DNA of 64,000 nucleotides from Schmidtea polychroa (lineage: Eukaryota). Of this stretch, positions 12,901 through 25,192 are shown piece after piece. The position numbers were made by a program, and so were the translations under genes. How positions within the stretch are numbered: position 1 is the first letter of the stretch; the number at the start of each line of letters is the position of its first letter. Below the pieces are notes generated by a model. That model was not told the origin of the DNA and did no database searches. It saw nothing but the letters and a program-made list of their open reading frames with translations. The DNA lies in contig CM097885.1 in NCBI GenBank assembly GCA_044892525.1, forward strand, positions 24,988,001-25,052,000. Direction: 5' to 3'.

Positions 12901-13921
12901 TATAAAAGGCTTTATATGTTGAAACTAAGCTTGATATAGATTATTTTAAAGCTTCTAATAAATGAATAGAATTTTTTTTTAATCTAAGGGAATACAAGGG
13001 GATTGTAGACCTTACAGGTTAAACAGTATTTCTTACTGTATCGAAACCTATGGAAGGTAAATGACGAATCAAACACCAATAGGGCTCTAATAATCACTAA
13101 CTGATTAATTCATAAAAGTAAAGATTGAAATTATGCCGTAAAATAAATCTCGTAATAATTTAGCATATTCATATTTTAGTATTTTATAACCTATCCATTT
13201 CGCAAGTTCACAGTACACGGAATTATGAACACGCGAAAATCCTATCCAATCACGTTCATATTGAACAGGCCTGGCTGTAGCAATTGTTGAACTAACTTAA
13301 TGAAAATAATGCGATACTTTTCATCCTTTCTCACATCAACACGAAGTAATAATTATAGTGATCGATATAATATGACTCTTTAATAACTGATGAAAATTTT
13401 ATATCAATTTTGAGCATCTCACTTAGGAAAATGATTCGTTATTTGGGTGCCATATGAGCGATAAAGAAATTAACAAACGTAAAATACACTAAAATTACAT
13501 TGATTAAAATTCACTTAACAATAGATTCAACTAGATTTCGATTTCAATAACATATTTTTTTTAATTCATATAAAGAGATAATAATTATTATTTACATTGA
13601 TATAGTGATAATAAAATTAATGGATAGAATGTAAAATTAAAGCTTACATTAAGAGAAAAATGCTTCAAAATATTTCTTCAAATGCATATTTTCCTGGTTT
13701 GAAGCAATTATCCTGATATAATTAAAATAAAAACGTAAATAAAAAATTTAACACCTTTGTCCATAACTTTGGTCTATATTAAAACAAAAAGTATAAAGAA
13801 ACTCGTGTCAAAATAATTTTTATTCTAAATAAAGTGCTATGAAAATGTGATTTACAGAATATAAATTTTATTTTCATTTTATCGTATTAAATTTTATTAA
13901 ATAGTGTTAAATTCTAATAAT

Positions 13922-14024
<103 letters not shown>

Positions 14025-14031
14025 TATATAT

Positions 14032-17000
14032 TAGGGTGGGTCGAATGTTAATAAATTTTGAGTTCAAGAAAGGAAACATGGTTAAAAAGTTGTATTTTGG
14101 TATAGAAAAATCGAATCAAACCATTTTACTTAGATTTATGGACATTTACTGCTCCCAACTTTTCTCCGAAAATGCAGTTCAACATAAGTGCGAAAACAAT
14201 GTAATTTGGCTAGTGTCGGAATGTGTTTTGCGCCTTTGTCCATATTTAGATGTAGCTTTCTTAAGATCTTATAAGTATATTATTTACTCTCTTGGGCTGA
14301 GATAGTATATTCTGTGTCGTCATCCCGCATTGAAATATATCCTGACAACGTCAGTGATTAGGAATGGCCAAATTTGAATTATCCTTTTCAAAGACAAAAA
14401 TCAACTTTCGAAATTATTTTTTATTAAAAACATCCAGCCAAAAGTTTAGAAATGTATTAGCGAGGGCATAAAAAGAAGTCACATGAAATCAGCTTTGCTT
14501 TGCACCTTGGGCAATTCCTTCCTTGATTTTTTACACAGTAGTACCATACCATGTCTGGACTTGTGACCAAACACTTTGCAACTGGCAGAAGAAACATCTT
14601 TGATGGCTCTTTCAACGGCTTGAGAATGACAGGGAAATTGTTCTAATGTAATTTTCTTATTCATCTTCAATTCATGATCCAATATATGAGATAAAAGAGG
14701 GGGAGGCGTCAAATTACATTTTGTCGAGTCAATCATGTCAACATATGATGTAGCAGACGACTGAAGAAAGACAGTATTCTTGTCCATAGTGCGAATCACT
14801 TCGGAAGGGAGAAAATTTTGTCTTGCAGTTATGATTTTTTCTGTTGCAAACTTTCTGATTTCTTCATCATCATCACCAACAGCAGCTAGGAGTATATTTT
14901 CTGGATGTGAGAAGTAATTGTTGTTCTGAATGACAGGAAAGATGATTTCTTGGTCTGATGGATCCAAATCCTGCAGAAGTTGGAGCATATAAAAAATATT
15001 TCTTGCACCATCTTGGCATGACGAGTGAGTCTTTATATAAAACCATGACGGTCCATAGAAATTGACAATAAATTTCACTATTCGCATGAGAGGTTCAGAT
15101 GGAGCAGTTTCGGACATATATAGTCGCAGAATTCTATTAGCTTTCGTTAGCCAGCGACTGTGATTCAAATTTCCTGGTTGTGCCATTTGTAGAAAAGGGA
15201 CATCCTTGTTGTTGTGGTACCCTTTCTGGACTGCCAAGCATACTCCGAGGAAATACAATTGATAAGTGTTCAATTCTTTCTTGACATTTTCACTAATATC
15301 TACGACCTTTCCAGGAAGGGACATAAAGGCTACTACGGGCTTGTCTTTTGGATCAAAATCAAGAACGCTTCCTATTTCACCACATGACGTTTTTGGACCT
15401 TTTGTTTCTCCACCATCGACGACTGAAAAATACTTCCTGAATGGCAATTCATTTGCATGCAACAAGCATATCAGCCATTGTAGAGGTCGCCCTAGGCTTT
15501 TTTCGAGTCTTCTGATTATTCCATTATTTTTTCCGGTGTTTGTATTGGTTCCATCGCACACAATTGCTTGAAGGGTCAGTGAGGACTGCGTGCTAACGAT
15601 GATTGACATGATTTCTTTGCCAATATCCACAGCTTTACTACTTTGAGGTACAACATGATCGATATATGTATCCCTTGGAAAGGCGACAATCACATAATGC
15701 TCCTCTTTTAGGATCCTTCTATGAAGTAAGGTGGAATCTTGTTTCCCGTCGAAACCGAGGCAAATCAAGTTTTTCGCTTCTGCTGAATGCTGTTCAATTT
15801 CTCTCTCCTTCCAGTACTTTCTCTGACGCCGTAATTTTGCGGGATCGATGATTGTTTGAGAGGATAACAGTTCCATATCTTTCAGAAAAGCGTTTACTAG
15901 CAAACACGTGTCTCTGTTGCTCACACCACATCTGTCAACAGCTTTACTTAATTCAGGATAATGTCTTCTATTTTGAAATTCATCACATTCTTCTACGCTT
16001 GACTCTGAGCTTTCTGTTGAATTGTCTAACTTATCTTTACTTTCATCACTAGCGGCTTCACTCTCCGTGTCACTTCTTGAGGTCGGATGTAGATCGTTAA
16101 CTTCAGTGTCCATTATTTCATTTTTCATTTGTTTTCCTTTTCCTGTAGGGCTGCTTTTCGTTTGTTTTCTCTTCAATTTTGAGGTTTCCTGTCTGTCCGT
16201 ATTTCCGATTTTCATGTTTCTGGTAGTTTGTTGGTCAATCCAGAACTCCCACTCTAAGGTAGGAATTTTCAAGGCCAATCGGCATGTACACTGACTTCTT
16301 CCACGAGCACCATCATTAAAACATTTGCAGCAACATATGTCAAACAATTTGGAAAACGAGCTTAACTTATCTTGAAATTTGGCAGATGACCTCTTGCATT
16401 CTGGATACTTCTCTAATTCACGCACTTTTGATATTAGTCGCTTGACACGAACCACAATACTACTGAACTCAACAGTTGGGATACTTGCCTTCATATAAAT
16501 TTCCTTCACCTTATTTGCGAGAAGAGTTGCTTGTTCGTTAAAGCCAGTATGAAATTGCGTACATTTCTCATTGTAACAGTAATCACGAAACACATCTTCA
16601 CAAGTAGGTAATTGGTTTCTGGGTAGTTCACAAGTTTGACCAAACAGACAATGACGTGATTTACTTCTTGTTTTGCGAAATTGGTTATTTCTCTGTCCCT
16701 TCATAACTGCTCTTCTGTACTCAGCTCTGGCAAAATAAAAGTGAATCATCAAGTTAACTTTTTTAATTAGGTCCAGCAAACACTTGACATGTAATCGAAA
16801 CAAATTAAATTATCTGAGTTTAGACTGACTAGTAGTATCCATGTGGATTATGTGTTGACTGTAGTGTGTGTGTTAGTATTGTTCAGAAGAAATTGTCTTT
16901 GTGAGTGCTTGTGTGAAGGTGCTTCCGTGAATTAACCTCTCTATACATGCACACGTTAGCTTGGACTTGTGAATAGAGCATGTCAAAAATGGTCTTTCTG

Positions 17001-17201
17001 CAAGCGTGTGACTGCTTGCAGGATTAATTTACAATGGCACGTGTGCGAGCATTTTTACTGGGATAGTACTAATACATACAAACAAAAGTTGGGACCTGTA
17101 AACCCTTTTAAACAGCAGTCTTTTGCAGGGATATTTCATTTTCTAGCATAAGCACAACTTTTTAGGCATGTTTGGAGAAAAAAAAATTTTTCGACCCACC
17201 C

Positions 17202-17203
<2 letters not shown>
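14032..17203 (-). mobile_element. hAT-superfamily (hATm-type) DNA transposon inserted in a (TA)n tract
   Basis: TIRs TAGGGTGGGTCGAA / TTCGACCCACCCTA; 8-bp TSD TTATATAT at 14024-14031 and 17204-17211. Confidence 0.9.
14479..16803 (-). CDS. hATm-type transposase, uninterrupted 774-aa frame (true start may be internal or spliced)
   Basis: FDGKQD, CDGTNTNTG, LQWLICLLHANELP, HSRWLT and FPCHSQAVER motifs. Confidence 0.8.
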   Translation of the reverse strand: MFRLHVKCLLDLIKKVNLMIHFYFARAEYRRAVMKGQRNNQFRKTRSKSRHCLFGQTCELPRNQLPTCEDVFRDYCYNEKCTQFHTGFNEQATLLANKVKEIYMKASIPTVEFSSIVVRVKRLISKVRELEKYPECKRSSAKFQDKLSSFSKLFDICCCKCFNDGARGRSQCTCRLALKIPTLEWEFWIDQQTTRNMKIGNTDRQETSKLKRKQTKSSPTGKGKQMKNEIMDTEVNDLHPTSRSDTESEAASDESKDKLDNSTESSESSVEECDEFQNRRHYPELSKAVDRCGVSNRDTCLLVNAFLKDMELLSSQTIIDPAKLRRQRKYWKEREIEQHSAEAKNLICLGFDGKQDSTLLHRRILKEEHYVIVAFPRDTYIDHVVPQSSKAVDIGKEIMSIIVSTQSSLTLQAIVCDGTNTNTGKNNGIIRRLEKSLGRPLQWLICLLHANELPFRKYFSVVDGGETKGPKTSCGEIGSVLDFDPKDKPVVAFMSLPGKVVDISENVKKELNTYQLYFLGVCLAVQKGYHNNKDVPFLQMAQPGNLNHSRWLTKANRILRLYMSETAPSEPLMRIVKFIVNFYGPSWFYIKTHSSCQDGARNIFYMLQLLQDLDPSDQEIIFPVIQNNNYFSHPENILLAAVGDDDEEIRKFATEKIITARQNFLPSEVIRTMDKNTVFLQSSATSYVDMIDSTKCNLTPPPLLSHILDHELKMNKKITLEQFPCHSQAVERAIKDVSSASCKVFGHKSRHGMVLLCKKSRKELPKVQSKADFM

Positions 17204-17271
<68 letters not shown>

Positions 17272-18583
17272 AGCATGAGAACTTATTTACCACATATTAA
17301 CCACATTTATTTTCAATTGGCATTGTATTTGTTAAAAAGCTTGACTAAGAATCAGTAAATATATCGATGTGTTTTTTCTTTCTTCCAGGATATTTATTGA
17401 ATTAGATATTTTGGATTGTGATTATTGAAATTATTAGTTAATTCAGAAAAAGATTATCATTATTAAGAAATACTATTGTAAGCTTACTATAGACAATCGG
17501 TTTCTTTGAAATTTTTAAAAATTTGTAGTCAGTGAATTTTTCGTAGTGGTAGTTCCGTATCTGGCTACTCAGTTTCTGAGTTTCTCTTAAAGGGTTTTCC
17601 GTAATTATTTGTTCTATTTCGTTTCAAGTTTTTGTTTTTCTTTTGAGATATCTTTTGTTGGTTTTTGTCTTTGAGTTTTTGAGAGATAGTGGTGAAGTAG
17701 TGTGTGTGAGTTCGTTTTCATCTTTTTCGGGTATTTATAGCCATGAGATGTAACTCAAGTAGGATTTTGGCTACCTGAGTTCAATGTGGCTTTCTCTTGG
17801 GCGCTCGCTGTCTTGATCTGAGCCCCCGATCATCCGCTGCGAACTGAGTTCCGGCAGATGTCGTTTATTTAGCACCTACCTCTTTTAATGAGAAAATAAT
17901 GACTTTATTAACATAGAATATTTCCATATTTATGATCAATGATAAGTCAAATTGTTAATTATCATATTGCTATACATTGCCCCTTGGGGGTTCTACGTAG
18001 ATATTCAGCTTGAACTTGTTCGGCTTGTCCGATAATATGTTATTTTATCAATAATAAATTATTTCGGGATTAACTAAGACTCGTTGAATTCTTAAGTTTT
18101 TTTGTTTGTATTGGCCAATTTGATGACGACTTAGCTAATTATAAAATCTTCTACGAAACCCGCCCAACTTAATGTCGATATATTTAATTTCTAAATAGTC
18201 TTATAGCTTACCCAATTTATTGCCGAATTATTCAATTATTAAGATTTTTTATAAATTTCTCAATTTAACGTCGATGTATCTAATTACCAAATAGTTCTTA
18301 TAGTTTATTAAACTTAATGTTAAATTATTTAGTTATTAAAGTTTTATGTCAATTTCTCAATTGAATGTTAATTTATTTAATTACCATTTTTTCATCTAAT
18401 GTGTTCAAAAATTAATGTGGGCAATAATGCGAGTTCTCTTCTGCTTGAACGTATGGTGAACATGATTTTTCCTTTATTTTCTTTTCTTTTAACTATCATG
18501 GTGGGTGACAAAATACTCCAAAGCATTGACATAAATCCATTCATATTTCATAAATTGCAGTCATTTCTTGTCAATTATAGAAA

Positions 18584-19739
18584 ATGTCCAAGAATCCTTC
18601 AACCACGACGCCTTTCCGACAACGCTTCTTGTGCGCCGACAAAAACTCTATCATTAAAACACTGCAAACCCAAATCGGTCTATTGAAGAAGAAGAAAAAC
18701 CATTTCGAAGGGACGTTGTTCACACCCACGCAAATGAAAGAAATGCGGATGAAACTATCTCGGGTCGAACATTGCCGCGATAGTCTTATAGGGGAGAGCC
18801 GTACTCAGTGGCTTCTCATTAGAGAGCAATCAGAGGCCTTGCACAAAGTCTATGTGCAAGCGACCCTCACCAAGAAAATCGTGACCGTGCCTATCACGGA
18901 AGGGACAATGTCTTCGCCCTACATCATCAAACATCAAGAAAATCCTGCACCAGCTGTGTGGACACGCTTTTATCGCTGTCTACTTTCTATATCTGTGTCA
19001 CGGGGGTCAGTCAAGTGACCTCGAAATCTATTCCAAAACCAGCGAAAATCACACCTCCAGTGTCACTGGTCAAATCAAAACGCCGACAACCGACACGATC
19101 GGAACGAAACAAAAAACGGAAGGGTTTGCAGGCGAAACGAGAGACCCAACTAGTTGCTGAAGGGATTTGACTAGCCCTGAAAACTCCACCTGAGGCGCCA
19201 GTAACTTCAACAAGGCAGTCCAGTACTTCCTGGGAAGAAAACACCAGGGACTTATTCGATTTGGAAGAGATTCACGCAGGAACCTCACCTTCCACGTTAT
19301 GAGACCCGACGCGGAATCCACTATTGTAAATATAAGAACTGAGTAGAATGTCTTTATTGAGATCCTCTCTGTATGATCGTTGTGGTTTTAAGTCTCTATG
19401 ATATAACTAGGGAAAGTATATTTGATTCTTAAGATCCTGTACCTGTGGAGAAATAGGGGTAGCGCAAATCAAGGTCTCGATGAGCGAGGTAAGATGTAAG
19501 TCTTTCTATCGGCAGTCAGGAGAAGGGTAAAACGGAATATGGTGAATGAGTACTCATAAGGGGCTCACCTGCTTCACAATATTCGTCCATCATGGCACAG
19601 TACCAACATGATGTAAGTCATGGTGTGAGAGCGATCATGAGGGGTCTGAGTAGCGGTCCACAAAAATATTTCGTTCAGTTTGATTGACCTTCATTTCTTA
19701 GTAGAGTGAATGTGTGTTGACCTAGTCGACAACCCAACA
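18584..19739 (+). mobile_element. Divergent subfamily of LTR-X 3' part with broken ORF-B homolog
   Basis: FEGTLFTPTQMK resembles FEGTWFSPEAMK; basic tail KRRQPTRSERNKKRK in a second frame; TTCTATCGGCAGTC and CACAGTACCAAC blocks; ends AACCCAACA at 19739. Confidence 0.6.
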
Positions 19740-20523
19740 ATTTTAAGATATTAAAATGATTCTCTTTCACCATTATATTGTATCCATTGAAACAATGACA
19801 TTATATACACGATAAGATAGAATGACAAAAAAAGACTTTATTAAGATATAATATTTACATATTTATGATAAGTCAAATTGTTAATTATCATATTGTTATA
19901 CATTGACCCTTGGGGGCTCTACGTAGATATCCACCCGGTACTTGTTCGATAATATTTTTTACGCTCTAAATTTTCGAAGTAGCGTCCCATAACATCCAAC
20001 AATATTTCATCATTTAGTTGAACACACACCCATAAAACCCCCAAGCTGTCCTAAGACTTGGCTGGGCTCAAAAATTATCCCCACAAACATTTCACGCGTA
20101 AAACTATTGTTAAAAATTACTAACAGCCACACTTTCAAGATAAATATTGAGTATGAAAAGTACATAGTTTAATTTTGGCTGCATTTACGTAAAATTAAAA
20201 TTGCTTTGTAGAGAATTAATTAAATGTTAATATTTTAATTTGTTAGCAAAAGGGTCCGCTTGTTCCTTTCAATTATTGATTTTAAAGTAAAATTTCAGTT
20301 AAATATTTTATTTATTATCGTAATAAAAATTTCTCAGAGAAAATAATTTAATTTCAACCTTTAATAATTACAATCGATTTATAAAATAATTTATTTACTA
20401 ATCACAAAATATAAAAATAAAATATTTCGATCATAAAATACAAGTAATTTCAACAACTAATTATACCTTTATTAAAAAATAAAATCTTTTCACATAATAC
20501 ATAAACAGTTTCATTTCAAACAT

Positions 20524-22534
20524 TTAATCAACTTCTTCAACTGTCGGACCTTGTTTCCCAGCACCTCCTTGTCCGCCAGCTGCACCCGGTGCACCACCTG
20601 GAAATCCCCCTGGAAATCCGCCCGGAAATCCTCCAGCACCAGCACCACCTGCCCCTTGATACATTTTAGTCATTATTGGATTACATATCTTCTCCAATTC
20701 TTTATAATGATAATCAAACTCATCCTTAGTCGCCTGTTGATTCTTTTCCAACCAATTTATCGCTTCTTGACATTTATCAATTATCAGTTTTCTATCTGAT
20801 TCAGAAATTTTATCTTTCAGTTTTTCATCTTCAACTGTTGATTTCATTTGGTATGAATAACTTTCCAATGAATTCTTTGCAGCTATTCTGTCTTTTTGTT
20901 CTTCGTCTTCCTTTTTGTATTTTTCAGCTTCATTAACCATGCGTTCAATATCATCCTTTGATAATCGTCCTTTATCATTGGTAATGGTAATTTTATTCTC
21001 TTTTCCTGTACCCTTTTCAACTGCAGACACATTCAAGATACCATTTGCATCAATATCAAAAGTAACTTCAATTTGCGGAACACCACGTGGAGCTGGTGGA
21101 ATTCCAGCCAATTCAAATTTACCAAGCAAATTATTGTCCTTTGTCATCGCTCGTTCTCCTTCATAAACTTGAATTAAAACTCCCGGTTGGTTATCAGAAT
21201 ATGTAGTAAATATTTGCGTTTGCTTTGTTGGAATAGTTGTATTTCGTTTAATTAAAGCTGTCATCACTCCACCGGCAGTTTCTATACCCAAGCTCAATGG
21301 AGCTACATCTAATAATAATAGATCTTGTACAGCTTCTGATTTATCTCCTGACAAAATTGCCGCTTGTACTGCTGCTCCGTACGCAACTGCCTCATCGGGA
21401 TTGATGGATTTGTTCAATTCTTTTCCGTTGAACAAGTCTTGTAGGAGCTTTTGAATTTTGGGTATTCTTGTTGATCCACCAACTAATACAATCTCATGAA
21501 TTGTATTTTTATCCAACTTAGCATCTCTCAATGCTTTCTCTACTGGCTCTAAAGTCGAACGGAACAAATCAGCATTCAATTCCTCAAACCTTGCTCTTGT
21601 AATTGAAGTGTAAAAGTCAATACCTTCATATAATGAATCTATTTCCAAATTTGCTTGTGCACTGGAACTCAAAGTTCTCTTTGCTCGCTCACAAGCTGTT
21701 CTCAATCTTCTAACTGCTCGCTTGTTATCACTAATATCTTTCTTATGCTTCCTCTTGAATTCTTGAATAAAATGATTTACCATCCGATTATCAAAATCTT
21801 CACCACCCAAATGAGTATCACCAGCAGTAGATTTCACTTCGAAAATACCATCTTCAATTGTTAAAATTGATACATCAAAAGTTCCTCCTCCTAAATCGAA
21901 TATTAACACATTGCGTTCAGCACCAACCTTTTTGTCTAATCCATAAGCTATAGCAGCAGCTGTTGGTTCATTAATTATTCTTAAAACATTTAATCCACTA
22001 ATTGCACCAGCATCTTTAGTTGCTTGTCTTTGACTATCATTGAAATAAGCTGGAACAGTTACAACAGCATCTTTAACTGTTTTACCCAAGTATGCTTCTG
22101 CAATCTCTTTCATTTTTATTAAAACCATCGATGAAATTTCTTCGGGGAAAAATGTTTTTGTTTCACCTTTGAATTCTACTCGAATTTTCGGTCTACCAGT
22201 TTCATTTATTACATCGAATGACCAGTGTTTCATGTCACTTTGAACTGACGATTCATCAAATTTTCGACCAATTAATCGCTTTGCATCTAGAACATTTTAA
22301 TTACTTTACTCTAATTCAGTATTAATTCTTACCGAAAACTGTATTATTAGGATTCATCGCCACTTGGTTTTTTGCAGCATCTCCAATCAATCGTTCGGTA
22401 TCTGTAAATGCAACATAACTAGGTGTTGTGCGGTTTCCTTGATCATTCGCAATAATTTCAACTTTTCCATGTTGAAATACACCAACGCATGAATATGTAG
22501 TACCCAAGTCAATACCAATAGCGTTACCAGACAT
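20524..22534 (-). CDS. hsp70: Cytosolic heat shock protein 70, 654 aa, two exons (22534-22333, 22286-20524)
   Basis: [40 protein letters not shown] repeats and C-terminal GPTVEEVD. A 46-bp GT-AG intron (22332-22287) restores VF/DAKRLIG. Confidence 0.97.
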
Positions 22535-22611
22535 TTGGAATTCTTCAAAAGTTATAACACAATATAATAATTTTATTCAAAATTTGCAAATATACACGTA
22601 ATGAACTGCAA

Positions 22612-22720
22612 ACACTTTATATAATTAAAATATAGAAATTCTAGAAAACAAATTTTAAAACAAACATAAATTCTAGAATTAGAATATTAACAAAACGAAT
22701 GATAGAAAGTTGTAGAAACA
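22612..22720 (-). promoter_or_regulatory. hsp70 promoter: TATA box and heat-shock elements
   Basis: TATATAAAG on minus at ~22615-22623; TTCtaGAA at 22639-22646 and 22671-22678; GAAagTTGtaGAA at ~22705-22717. Confidence 0.75.
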
Positions 22721-23225
22721 TATTTACTTTATAAATCATTTTATTTAATAAAGTTTTAATGGAAAATGAACATTTTTAATAGTTTAATTAATTTTAATAA
22801 AGTATTTGTCAAATTTTTAAACAATATTATATTATGTAAATATTACACAAACTGTAAATCAATGACCAAAATGTAATATGACAATTATTTAACTCTTACT
22901 TTGTCAGGAAAAAATATAAAATGACCATATCGGTCTTTTAAGTATAATTTTTGATTATCAATATATATATTTATTTATTACATTTTTATAATAAGAAAAT
23001 CTGCACAATAAACAGAAAGGTTGTAGATAAAATTCATTAATTTGTAGTATGAGTCAATTATGAAAAGTCGTAAACAAAAAATATAGTCAAGAGCATAAAA
23101 TGACACCAGAGATACAACATTCATAAAATGCTCTTTTGATCACAATACATCAAAGTTATAATTATGAATTGAATTATATATTTATTACACTTTTATAATA
23201 AAAAAATCTGCACAGTCAACATAAG

Positions 23226-23693
23226 CAGGGTTACCAACTCGACCATTTTCACCCAAAGACTTCGGGTCTTCGGGTTGAACACTTATGACTCGTTCCAGAC
23301 TTGGTAACCTTGTAATGCATTTATTGAAAGAATTTTTTCAATAATGAATTCCGTTTGGAGAGATGAAAGAAATAAAATGAGAACTTTTTATAAGAATAAA
23401 TTTCAACATGAAATGTGAAGATTTTCTTACATATTTAAAAGCACCAGAACAAAAAAATTTACTTGAATGTTCATTAAAAACAACAAAATATAATTTTAAG
23501 AATTAATTATATTTTCTGAAGTTCCTATTTTTTTAATGTTTTCTTTTTTAATAAATTTTGTTGTTTTATGTTTTATTGTTATTGAATCAATATATTTTGT
23601 TTTATATTCATATGTATATATTATATATTATTAAATCTTCGGATGTAAAAATAATTTCTTCGGGTCTGACTCGTTCCAGACTTGGTAACCCTG
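23226..23693. mobile_element. Non-autonomous hAT MITE (468 bp)
   Basis: TIRs CAGGGTTACCAA / TTGGTAACCCTG with 8-bp TSD AACATAAG; inserted in a local ~200-bp tandem duplication. Confidence 0.9.
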
Positions 23694-23883
23694 AACATAA
23701 GAGTTGTAGATAAAATTCATTAATTTGTAGTAAAAGTTAATTATGAAGTCTGAAAACAAAAGAATATAGTCAAGAGCATAAAATGACACCAGAGATACAA
23801 CTTTCTTAAAAATGTTCTTTTGATAACAATACATCAAAGTTATAATTTCCTCCATAACTATTCTTAATCATCTTGTTTACCAT

Positions 23884-24798
23884 TGTTGGGGTTCAACAAG
23901 AGAGGCACAAAAATGAGGTGAAAATTGGCAAAAACACCAAATTCAAAATAAAAATTTAAAGTACAAAATATTAATTAAAAATCAAAAATTTTAAAAAATG
24001 AATATTTTCTGGGGGAAACTGGTATGGGCGGATGCTGAATAATGAGACGAGTTCAGCTATAATAAAATAAAATCAATGGGGGGTCCCTAAAAGGAATAAA
24101 TTACAAAAAAACAAAAATTAATTAAAAAATTAATTAACTAATGGAAAACCCGAGCTAATGGGAAACCCGAGCTAATGGAGAATCCGAGCTAATGGGAAAC
24201 CCGATACAATGGAAAACCCGAGCGAATTGAGAAATCAAATTTTGGGAAGGCAATTAATTTAGCCGGAGAAATCCAATTTTGGGAAGGCAATTAATTTAGC
24301 CGGATAAAAAGTAATAAGCGCCGTCAAAGAAAATGAACAAATTCCCTTCAATTGAATTAGACCTCCAAGAGGAAGCCCGGGGGAAATAAGACCAAAAATA
24401 ATTGGCAAAAATAAAGTCAATTACCAAGCGAGTATAAAAGCAACTGGCAAGAAAACAAAATGCCAGTTGGTCGAAGAAAAGAAAATAGAAGTTTGAAGAG
24501 AGCGAAAAAGGAAATATTAAAGTTAGTAGAAATAAAACCATTTAAAAAAATCGAACGTACCAGAAAGGGACATCTCCCGTTGGAAGATCTACCCCTGCGT
24601 GAGATTTGGTAAGAAATTGAAAAGTGCAGACAAAACCTGATTGTATCAAGTGTGAGTAAACTAATACAAGTGTAAAAGTGTAACTGCATCAGTGTCAATA
24701 AAGATTTTGTGTTGGGTTATTTATTTATTCATTTATTTATTTGGAAAAGAACACAAAGGAGTCAGACCGTAGTACCGACTTGCATTAAAAACCCAACA
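23884..24798 (+). repeat. 5' LTR (915 bp)
   Basis: TGTTGGGGTT...AACCCAACA termini; TATAAAA at ~24433; AATAAA at ~24697; matches 40323-40892 and 55424-56339. Confidence 0.93.
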
Positions 24799-24802
24799 TA
24801 TT

Positions 24803-24820
24803 TGGTGAGCCCGACGTGAT
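24803..24820 (+). promoter_or_regulatory. Primer-binding site, tRNA-Trp
   Basis: TGGTGAGCCCGACGTGAT, a 17/18 match to the tRNA-Trp PBS TGGTGACCCCGACGTGAT. Confidence 0.9.
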
Positions 24821-25192
24821 CAAAAGTCGGTGAAAATTTGTTGAAATTGTGATAATATTTGAGTGATACCGAAGAATAAAAAGATCGGTGAAAATTTGTT
24901 GAGATTAGTAAAGTATCGGAAAAATTTGGAAAAAGATAATAATAATTAAATAAATAAATATTGAAGTGAAACGTTTATTTGAAAGTGGTGAACATTTATT
25001 TGAGAATTATTAAAGTGGTGATTTTATAATTGAAGCAAAGTGGAAAAATTTGTAACGATTGATTGTTGAAAAGTCAAAATTAAAACGAAAGGTAAATTTT
25101 GTAATTGTAACACTTTGAATTTTAGACGAGTAAAGCCTGTGTTGACCCGATCATTTTATAAATTGAGAAGCCAAAGACTAATAGAGAATTTA

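Noticed and set aside
19888..20165. Possible small secreted or CaaX-ending gene on the minus strand
   Set aside because: The frames do not join without shifts, and the duplicate at ~51570-51705 has an early stop.
20551..21864. Antisense ORFs over hsp70, the transposases and the polyprotein
   Set aside because: Shadow ORFs of real coding sequence.
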